A stretch of 64,000 bases of DNA from Pseudonocardiaceae bacterium. Lineage in GTDB: Bacteria; Actinomycetota; Actinomycetes; Mycobacteriales; Pseudonocardiaceae. The stretch spans positions 7,129 through 71,128 of the forward strand of contig DASZNF010000053.1 of NCBI GenBank assembly GCA_035551355.1, in the 5' to 3' direction. Shown one piece after another: positions 46,224 to 53,681 of the stretch; position 1 is the first letter of the stretch, and each line of letters begins with the position of its first letter. Below the pieces are notes generated by a model. That model was not told the origin of the DNA, did not search any database, and worked only from the letters and a program-made list of their open reading frames with translations. Position numbers and translations under genes: made by a program.

Positions 46224-47837
46224 ATGGGACTGCGTTCGAGGTGGACCCGGCCGGCCCTGGCCGCCGCCGCACTGGCACTGCTCGGTTCGATGACCACCGC
46301 GGCGGCCACACCGGCGGCGGACACACCGAACGCGCGGCCGGTCAGCGTCGCCGCGCGGATCGTGCCGGAACCGGCGCAGATCAGCGATGATCCCGGTACT
46401 TTCCGGATCACCCCGGCCACCGCGATCCACCTCGGCGCACCGCAGGCCGCCGGGGTCGCCGGGCAGCTGGCCGCGTTGTTGCGACCGGCGACCGGGTATC
46501 CGCTGCCGATCACCCGCGCGCCCGCCCCGGGCGGGATCTCGCTGATCCTGGACCGGGAGGGGCCACGGCTGGGCGCGGAGGGCTACCGGCTGGACGTGAC
46601 CGCCGCGGGCATCGCCATCCGGGCCAACCAGCCGGCCGGGCTGTTCTACGGCGTGCAGACCCTGCACCAGTTGCTGCCCGCGGCCGCGGACGCCACCACC
46701 CGCCAGCCCGGCCCGTGGCTGGTGCCGGGCGCGCACGTCACCGACTATCCGCGGTTCGCCTACCGGGGCGCGATGCTCGACGTGTCGCGGCATTTCTTCC
46801 CGGTTTCCGTTGTCGAGCAGTACATCGACGAGATCTCCGAGTACAAGGTCAATTATCTGCACCTGCACCTGTCCGACGACCAGGGCTGGCGGATCGCGAT
46901 CAACGGCTGGCCCCGGCTGACCAGCTACGGCGGCAGCACCGAGGTCGGTGGCGGCCCGGGCGGGTACTACACGCAGGCCCAGTACAAGCAGATCGTGGCC
47001 TACGCGCAGGCGCACTTCGTGACCATCGTGCCGGAGATCGACGGCCCCGGGCACACCAACGCCGCGCTGGCCTCCTACGCCCAGCTCAACTGCGACGGCC
47101 AGGCCCCGCCGCTGTACACCGGCACCGATGTCGGGTTCAGCTCGCTGTGCGTGGACTCCGGCATCACCTACACCTTCGAGCAGGACGTGCTCGACCAACT
47201 GGCCGCGCTCACGCCCGGCCCGTACCTGCACGTGGGCGGGGACGAGGCACAGTCGACCACCGCCGCCGACTACGCCACCTTCGAGAACCGGTTGCTGCCA
47301 CTGGTTTCCGGGGCGGGCAAGGCGGCGATCGCCTGGCACGACATCACCGCGGTGGACCCGCCGACCTCGGTGGTGCCGGAGTACTGGGGCACCACCACGA
47401 CCGACGCAGGCACCGCGGCGGCCGCGGCCCGCGGCAACAAGATCATCATGGCTCCGGCCAACAAGGCATACCTGGACATGAAGTACACGCCGAGCACGAA
47501 ACTCGGGCAGAACTGGGCGGCCTACATCGAGGTCCAGGACGCCTACGACTGGGATCCGGGCAACTACCTGCAGGGCGTCGGCGAGTCCTCGGTACTGGGT
47601 GTGGAGGCGCCGATCTGGTCGGAGACCCTGGTGACCCTGGCCAACATCCAGTACCTGGCCTTCCCCCGGCTGCCCACGATCGCCGAGCTGGGCTGGTCGC
47701 CGCAGGCCACGCACGACTGGTCGTCGTTCCGGGTGCGGCTGGGCCAGCAGGGGCCCCGGTGGACCGTGGACGGGATGAACTTCTACGCCTCGCCACAGGT
47801 GCCCTGGGCGCCGGGCACCAAGGGCGGTGTGGATTAG
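46224..47837 (+). CDS. Secreted GH20 beta-N-acetylhexosaminidase
   Basis: A signal peptide is followed by YRGAMLDVSRHF, HLHLSDDQGWR and HVGGDE motifs. Confidence 0.9.
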   Translation: MGLRSRWTRPALAAAALALLGSMTTAAATPAADTPNARPVSVAARIVPEPAQISDDPGTFRITPATAIHLGAPQAAGVAGQLAALLRPATGYPLPITRAPAPGGISLILDREGPRLGAEGYRLDVTAAGIAIRANQPAGLFYGVQTLHQLLPAAADATTRQPGPWLVPGAHVTDYPRFAYRGAMLDVSRHFFPVSVVEQYIDEISEYKVNYLHLHLSDDQGWRIAINGWPRLTSYGGSTEVGGGPGGYYTQAQYKQIVAYAQAHFVTIVPEIDGPGHTNAALASYAQLNCDGQAPPLYTGTDVGFSSLCVDSGITYTFEQDVLDQLAALTPGPYLHVGGDEAQSTTAADYATFENRLLPLVSGAGKAAIAWHDITAVDPPTSVVPEYWGTTTTDAGTAAAAARGNKIIMAPANKAYLDMKYTPSTKLGQNWAAYIEVQDAYDWDPGNYLQGVGESSVLGVEAPIWSETLVTLANIQYLAFPRLPTIAELGWSPQATHDWSSFRVRLGQQGPRWTVDGMNFYASPQVPWAPGTKGGVD

Positions 47838-48259
47838 TACACGTTGGTGGGGTCCAGCGCCCCGCGCACCGTGGTGTGGATGCGGAAGAGCTGGTTGACC
47901 CCGCCGATGGTCATCGGCCAGATCACCCGCTGCAGCGCCACCAACCGCAGCTCCACCTGCCTGCGCGCGCATTGCTCGCGCAGCCGCAACAGCACCGACA
48001 GCCCGGCCGAACCGAAGAAGGTCACGCCGATCAGGTCCACCACGAGCACCTCGGCGGTCAGGTCGAGCGCGAGGGCCAGCTGGGTGCCGACCAGTCCCGC
48101 GGTGGCCATGTCCAGCTCGCCCGCGACCCTGGCCAGCACCAGCGTCGTGTCGTGCCGCTGGATGGCGACCTCGATGAGGTCTTCGGGCACGATCGGAACT
48201 CGGGGCGTGGGCAGTTCGCCGGTCACGACACCACCTCCGTCACCCCTCCCCTCCGGCAT
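47834..48259 (-). CDS. STAS-domain protein (anti-sigma-factor antagonist type)
   Basis: A STAS-like pattern: LVLARVAGELDMATAG...VVDLIGVTFFGSAGLSVLL. It has a 4-nt convergent overlap with the GH20 gene. Confidence 0.8.
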   Translation of the reverse strand: MPEGRGDGGGVVTGELPTPRVPIVPEDLIEVAIQRHDTTLVLARVAGELDMATAGLVGTQLALALDLTAEVLVVDLIGVTFFGSAGLSVLLRLREQCARRQVELRLVALQRVIWPMTIGGVNQLFRIHTTVRGALDPTNVY

Positions 48260-48309
48260 GGTACTGCGCGATCGGCCCGCCCGGACGGTAACTGCATGCG
48301 ACGGGTCGA

Positions 48310-49437
48310 TCACGATCCGAGACTAGCCGTCGAGTCGAACCTGGTGGGCCGGTAAGGGGCCAGTTCAGGGACGTCGCGACCCTCGGTCAGCTCGGTGGCG
48401 ACCAGCTCGGCCAGGTGCGCGCCCAGGGTCACACCGCTGTGCGTGACCACCACATAGCCGCGGTCGCCGACCGGACCCACGATCGGGTGCCAGTCGACCG
48501 GGATCGGCCGCACGCACACCCGGTGTTCCACCACCCGGGCGCCGGCCAGCCCGGGCACGATGCGGCGGGCCCGGTCCAGCAGTTCGGCCGCCCAGCCGCG
48601 CAGGTCCCGCTCCGGGGTGTGCAGGTCGACCCGGGCGTCCTCGGCCTCCAGGTGCAGCAGGCCGTCCGGGTGCGGGCGCAGGACCACCTCGGGCGTGTGC
48701 AACAGCCGCCGCGGCACCGGCTCGGCGACCGGGCCGACCCGGACGATCAGGCACGGCGCCTCGGAGCCGGGTTCGTCCCAGCGCAGCAACGGAACCGGCG
48801 GGCCGAACCGCCCGGCCAGTTCCGGGGTCCACCGGCCCGCGCAGCACACCACCACGCCGGCGGTCACCGCCGGTCCACTCGCGGTGCGCACCTCGCCCTC
48901 GGTCACGTCCACCACCCGGCCCGCGTCGCCGGTGCGCACGCTCGCGCCGAATCCCTCGGCCCGGGCCACCAGCCGGTCGACCAGCGGCTCGGTGAGCAGG
49001 TAGGCCTCCTCGGGAAACCAAGCCAGCGCCGGGTTTCCGGGCGGGAGGGTGATGCCCGGTTCGAGGGCGGCGGCGGTGACCGGGTCGATCATCCGGGCCG
49101 CGTAACCCCAGTCGGCCAGCCGCCGCACCCGCTCGGTCAGCGCGCCCGGATCGGCCGACCACTCGAGGTTTCCCACCGGGCGAAACCAATTCTCACCGTC
49201 CATTGTGGACGCTAGTGCGGCCCAGGCCCGCATGCCCGCCAGGTTGCGGTCGTAGTACGCACGTGGGGTTTTCTCGTTGGCGTTGCACCAGGCCAGGCTG
49301 GAGCGGGTGGTGGCCCGGCCGGGCCGGTCGCGGTCCAACAGGGTGACCGGCGCGCCCCGCGCGGCCAGCGCCCCGGCCAGCGCGGCGCCCACCACCCCGG
49401 ACCCGATCACGGCGTAGCCGCGGGGCGCCGCCGTCAC
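48310..49437 (-). CDS. FAD-dependent oxidoreductase (DAO/glycine oxidase-like)
   Basis: Contains the N-terminal VIGSGVVGAALAGALAARG dinucleotide fold. The GTG at 49437 overlaps the stop of the upstream remnant ORF (GTGA). Confidence 0.8.
   Translation of the reverse strand: MTAAPRGYAVIGSGVVGAALAGALAARGAPVTLLDRDRPGRATTRSSLAWCNANEKTPRAYYDRNLAGMRAWAALASTMDGENWFRPVGNLEWSADPGALTERVRRLADWGYAARMIDPVTAAALEPGITLPPGNPALAWFPEEAYLLTEPLVDRLVARAEGFGASVRTGDAGRVVDVTEGEVRTASGPAVTAGVVVCCAGRWTPELAGRFGPPVPLLRWDEPGSEAPCLIVRVGPVAEPVPRRLLHTPEVVLRPHPDGLLHLEAEDARVDLHTPERDLRGWAAELLDRARRIVPGLAGARVVEHRVCVRPIPVDWHPIVGPVGDRGYVVVTHSGVTLGAHLAELVATELTEGRDVPELAPYRPTRFDSTASLGS
49198..49210. repeat. Copy of iterated 13-bp palindrome (GTCCATTGTGGAC, exact)
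   Basis: Read directly. On the coding strand it reads TCC ACA ATG GAC (STMD). Confidence 0.85.
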
Positions 49438-49664
49438 CGGCCGGCCACCCGCCGGTAGCGGGCCACCGCCAGCGGCAGGAACACCACCACGATCAGCACC
49501 GCGCCGTTGGGTCCGAGCAGCCCGAACACGCTGCCCGCCGGGATGTCCGGGTCCACGCCGGCCAGGGCTCGGGTGGACCCAAACCCGGCCAGGGCTCGGG
49601 TGGACCGGAAGGTCTTCACCAGCGCCTCCGTCCGCACGACTGAACCGCCGCGCTCGCCAGTCAT
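49434..49664 (-). pseudogene. In-frame deletion remnant of an ABC transporter operon: ATPase N-terminus fused to a permease C-terminus
   Basis: The 76-aa ORF is MTGERGGSVVRTEALVKTFRSTRALAGFGSTRALAGVDPDIPAGSVFGLLGPNGA joined to VLIVVVFLPLAVARYRRVAGR. The Walker A motif is cut after GPNGA. A 27-bp tandem duplication lies at about 49558-49611. Confidence 0.6.
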
Positions 49665-49714
49665 GGCGGAGAGCGTAAACGTGCGTCCCGACACACGCTG
49701 GCGGATTGGTCTTC

Positions 49715-49758
49715 TGAACGCGTTCAAATCGGCGTACAGTCACTCCTGAACACGTTCA
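49715..49758. promoter_or_regulatory. Two palindromic operators: TGAACGCGTTCA (49715-49726) and TGAACACGTTCA (49747-49758)
   Basis: Read directly. Their centres are 32 bp apart. They lie in the divergent region between the ABC remnant and the membrane-protein/TetR operon. Confidence 0.5.
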
Positions 49759-49787
49759 AAAACCTCCAAACGAAGGAAGTGATCGCC

Positions 49788-50168
49788 ATGGACCCCGTGG
49801 TCGTGGCGTATGTCGTGTACATCACGCTGGACGTGGTGCTCACCGTGGTCGTGGCGCACGCGCTGTCCCGGCACGGCCGGGCCTACCTGGCCGACGTGTT
49901 CGGCGACGAACGCACCGGCGCGGCCATGAACCAGCTGCTGGTGGTCGGGTTCTACCTGGTCAACTTCGGGTTCGGCGCGCTGTGGCTGCACACCGGGGCG
50001 CAGGTGTCCTCGCTGCGCGAGCTGCTGCAGGTGCTGTCGGTCAAGCTGGGCACGGTGCTGCTCGTGGTCGGCGCCCTGCACCTGGTCAACCTGCTGATCT
50101 TCAGCCGCATCCGGCGCAACGCGCTGATCGACAAAACGCTGCGCGAGGGCGCCCGGCCAGTATCGTGA
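49788..50168 (+). CDS. Small integral membrane protein (126 aa)
   Basis: GAAGGAAG lies 8 nt before the ATG at 49788. It has four hydrophobic segments and high GC3. Confidence 0.6.
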   Translation: MDPVVVAYVVYITLDVVLTVVVAHALSRHGRAYLADVFGDERTGAAMNQLLVVGFYLVNFGFGALWLHTGAQVSSLRELLQVLSVKLGTVLLVVGALHLVNLLIFSRIRRNALIDKTLREGARPVS

Positions 50169-50869
50169 CCGCGATGGCTGACGGCGCGCCGACCACGGCG
50201 AGGAAGAGCGACGCGACCAGGACGCTGATCCTGGACACCGCGCTGCGCCTGTTCGCCGACCGGGGCTACGAGCGCACCACGATGCGCGGGGTGGCCACCG
50301 AGGCCGGGGTGTCGGTGGGCAACGCCTACTACTACTTCGACTCCAAGGAACATCTGGTCCAGGGCTTTTACGACCGGATAAGCGAACTGCACGTGCAGGC
50401 CAGCCGGGCGGTGCTGGACACCGAAACCGAACTGGGCGCCCGGCTGCACGGGGTGCTGTCGGCCTGGCTGGACATCGCCACCCCGTATCACCGGTTCGGC
50501 CCCCAGTTCTTCCGCAACGCCGCGAACCCGGAGAGCCCGCTCAGCCCGTTCTCTCCGGAGTCCGCGCCGGCCCGGGAGCTGGCCATCGGGGTGCTGCGCG
50601 AGGTGGCGGACGGCTCGGCCGCGAAGATGGATCCGAAACTGCGGCCGGAACTGCCCGAACTGTTGTGGATCTACCAGATGGGCATCGTGCTGTACTGGGT
50701 GCACGACCGCTCCGCCGGGCAGCGCCGCACCCGGGCCCTGCTGGATCGCACGGTGCCGCTGATCGACCGGGCGGTCGGGTTGTCCCGGCTGCGGGTGATG
50801 CGGCCGTTGATCGCCGAGGCGGTCAGCGTGGTGAATGATCTGCTTTACCCCGAGCCGCCCGCTCACTAA
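50165..50869 (+). CDS. TetR-family transcriptional regulator
   Basis: Contains the HTH ILDTALRLFADRGYERTTMRGVATEAGVSVGNAYYYF. It has a GTGA overlap with the preceding gene. An alternative ATG start lies at 50174. Confidence 0.9.
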   Translation: MTAMADGAPTTARKSDATRTLILDTALRLFADRGYERTTMRGVATEAGVSVGNAYYYFDSKEHLVQGFYDRISELHVQASRAVLDTETELGARLHGVLSAWLDIATPYHRFGPQFFRNAANPESPLSPFSPESAPARELAIGVLREVADGSAAKMDPKLRPELPELLWIYQMGIVLYWVHDRSAGQRRTRALLDRTVPLIDRAVGLSRLRVMRPLIAEAVSVVNDLLYPEPPAH

Positions 50870-50944
50870 ACTGCCTCTGTTCGGCCGAACTCGATTCGAT
50901 ATCTCGAACATCCGAAATGTCGAACGGCGCACTTTCGGGCCTGT

Positions 50945-53563
50945 ATGGAGTCGATGATGATTTCCGGCGGCGCGTTACCGGGCAAACTCTTCCGCAGCAC
51001 TCCGGCGGTTTTTCTGGCCGTGCTCACCCTGCTCTGCGTCGGCCTGCCCACCGCGGCGCAGGCGGGCACCGCCGCCGCACAACCGGTGGCACGCTGGGCT
51101 TTCGACGAGGGAACCGGCGGCACGGCGGCGGATTCGTCCGGGCACGGGCACACCGCGACGCTCACCGGGGCGGGCGCGGGCTGGGGCCCGGGAAAGATCG
51201 GCCCGTACAGCCTGTCGGTGACTCCGCAGTCGTATGCCGACGCCTCATCCGGAATTGTCGACACCACCCGTAGTTTCTCCGTGTCGGCCTGGGTGAAACT
51301 GAACTCGATATCCGGCTACCAGACGTTTGTCAGCGTGGACGGCGGCAATCTGTCCGGCTTCTATCTGCAACTGCGCGCCGATTCCGGCACCTTCGCCTTC
51401 ACCGTGCCCACCGCGGACAGCGACACCTCCGGCGGCGCGGTGGCCTACGCGCCGTGGACGCCGTCGGCCGGGGTCTGGTACCACCTGGTCGGCGTGGACG
51501 ATCTGGCCGCCGGGCAGGTCGAGTTGTACGTCGACGGGTTGTTGCAGGCGAAGGTGCCGGTGACCGGGACCTGGGCCGCCGCCGGGCACACCGCGGTCGG
51601 CCGCGGTTTCTACAACCAGGGCCAGACCGACTGGGTCAACGGCCAGATCGACGATGTACAGCTCTACCAGCAGGCGCTGACCGCGGACCAGGCGTGCGCG
51701 ACCGGCGACGGCCTGGACACCTGCACGCCCGCGCCGAACACGGTCAGCGTGAACGCGGGCCAGACCGGACCGAAGGTCAGCTCCACCCTGTTCGGCTCGT
51801 TCCTGGAGGACATCAGCCACTCCGTGGAGGGCGGGCTGTACGGCGAACTGATCCAGAACCGCGGCATGATGGCCGCGACCACGCCACCGGACTGGTCGGC
51901 GGTGACCGGTGGATCGGGGCAGGCGAGCATCGTGCTGGACGCCGGTCATCCGCTCGACACCGCGCTGACCCGATCACTCGAACTGTCCGTCGGCACAACG
52001 GGTCCGGGTAGCCGGGTGGGCATCGCGAACGACGGTTTCTGGGGTATTCCGGTGCATCCGGCCACGACCTACACCGCCTCGTTCTTCGCCGAGGCGTCCC
52101 GGCCGGTCGCCGGGCCGCTGACCGTGTCCATCGAGGGCGCCGACGGAACGGTGTACGCGTCCGGCACGGTGCGCGGCATCGGCACCGGCTGGCACCAGTA
52201 TTCTTTGCGCCTCAACACTTCTCGCGGCGCGCCGACCACCAGCGAGACCCGGTTCGTGATCAGCACCACCGATCCGGGCGCGTCCGGCGCGAACCTGTGG
52301 TTCGACCAGGTGTCGTTGTTCCCGCCCACCTATGACAACCAGGCCAACGGCATGCGGGTGGACCTGATGGAGAAGCTCGCCGCGCTGCACCCGGCCTATC
52401 TGCGGTTCCCGGGCGGCAACTACCTGGAGGGCGACACCATCGCCACCCGGTTCAACTGGAAGAACACCATCGGCCCGACCTACGACCGCCCCGGACACCA
52501 GGACGACGCCTGGGGTTACTGGTCCACCGACGGCATGGGCATCCTGAACTACCTGGAGATGGCCGAAGAGGTTGGCGCGCAGCCGGTTCTGGCCGTCTGG
52601 GCCGGGTACACGCTGACCGGCACGCACGTGCCCGCCGACCAGCTCGGACCGTACGTGCGGGACGCGGTGGACGAACTCCAGTACGCCACCGGTCCGGTCA
52701 CCTCCTACTGGGGCGCCAAGCGCGCCACGGACGGGCACCCGGCGCCGTTCCACGTTTCCGAAGTGGAGATCGGCAACGAGGACTTCTTCGACACCTCGGG
52801 CAGTTACGAGCAGCGCTACGCCGCGTTCTACGACGCCCTGCACGCCGCAGATCCGAGCCTGAAGTTCATCGCCACCACCCCGGTCAGTTCCCGGCCCTAC
52901 GATCTGATCGACGACCACTTCTACGCGCCGCCGGCCTGGTTCGAGGCCAATTCCCATTACTACGACAGCTATTCCCGCACCGCGCCGCAGGTGTTCGTGG
53001 GCGAGTTCGCGGCGCAGTCCGGGGTGCCGACGCCGAACATCAGCGCGGCCCTCGGCGACGCGAGCTGGCTGGCCGGACTGGAACGCGACTCGGACGTGGT
53101 CACCATGGCCTCGTACGCGCCGCTGCTGGTGGACGTCAACGACGTCACCTGGCCGACCAACATGATCGGTTTCGACGCCACCACCAGCTACGTCTCCCCC
53201 ACCTACTACGCCCAGCAACTGTTGCAGCGGTTGCACGGCGACGTGGTGATCGGCGCGTCGGCCGATCCCGGATCGCCGTTGCAGACACTGGCCACCCGGG
53301 ACAGCCGCACCGGCACGGTCTACCTGACGGTGATCAACCCCAGTCCACTCGCGGCGGCGGCCACCGTCCGCCTGACCGGGCTGCGGCCCGGCGGCAGCGC
53401 GCGGCAGACCGTGCTGGCCGGCGGTAGTTCGTCGGACACCAACACGATCACCGACCCTGACCACATCCATCCGGTGACCAGCACCGTCCGCAGCCTCGGA
53501 TCGGTGTTCCAGCACCAGTTCCCGGCCTATTCGATGACCGTGTACACCATCCCCGCACGCTGA
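50945..53563 (+). CDS. Secreted LamG/concanavalin-like domain protein fused to a GH51-like alpha-L-arabinofuranosidase
   Basis: A signal peptide and a LamG-like region (WVKLNS...LYVDG) are followed by a catalytic region with LRFPGGNYLEG and EIGNEDF and a C-terminal beta-sandwich. Confidence 0.75.
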   Translation: MESMMISGGALPGKLFRSTPAVFLAVLTLLCVGLPTAAQAGTAAAQPVARWAFDEGTGGTAADSSGHGHTATLTGAGAGWGPGKIGPYSLSVTPQSYADASSGIVDTTRSFSVSAWVKLNSISGYQTFVSVDGGNLSGFYLQLRADSGTFAFTVPTADSDTSGGAVAYAPWTPSAGVWYHLVGVDDLAAGQVELYVDGLLQAKVPVTGTWAAAGHTAVGRGFYNQGQTDWVNGQIDDVQLYQQALTADQACATGDGLDTCTPAPNTVSVNAGQTGPKVSSTLFGSFLEDISHSVEGGLYGELIQNRGMMAATTPPDWSAVTGGSGQASIVLDAGHPLDTALTRSLELSVGTTGPGSRVGIANDGFWGIPVHPATTYTASFFAEASRPVAGPLTVSIEGADGTVYASGTVRGIGTGWHQYSLRLNTSRGAPTTSETRFVISTTDPGASGANLWFDQVSLFPPTYDNQANGMRVDLMEKLAALHPAYLRFPGGNYLEGDTIATRFNWKNTIGPTYDRPGHQDDAWGYWSTDGMGILNYLEMAEEVGAQPVLAVWAGYTLTGTHVPADQLGPYVRDAVDELQYATGPVTSYWGAKRATDGHPAPFHVSEVEIGNEDFFDTSGSYEQRYAAFYDALHAADPSLKFIATTPVSSRPYDLIDDHFYAPPAWFEANSHYYDSYSRTAPQVFVGEFAAQSGVPTPNISAALGDASWLAGLERDSDVVTMASYAPLLVDVNDVTWPTNMIGFDATTSYVSPTYYAQQLLQRLHGDVVIGASADPGSPLQTLATRDSRTGTVYLTVINPSPLAAAATVRLTGLRPGGSARQTVLAGGSSSDTNTITDPDHIHPVTSTVRSLGSVFQHQFPAYSMTVYTIPAR

Positions 53564-53681
53564 GCCGGTGACCGGAATTCCGTCGGTGGGGCCGAAAGTC
53601 CAACGGGTTGAGGGCCGTTTGCCCTGTCTGCCGTTGGGCCTTTCGGACTGGACTGGACAGACCCCAGCGCCTGGAGACGTC

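Noticed and set aside
50895-50908. An SOS/LexA-like element, TTCGATATCTCGAA with repeated TCGAAC words, upstream of the GH51-like gene.
   Set aside because: The arm orientation is inverted relative to the actinobacterial LexA box TCGAAC-N4-GTTCGA. The downstream gene is a secreted arabinofuranosidase with no link to SOS.
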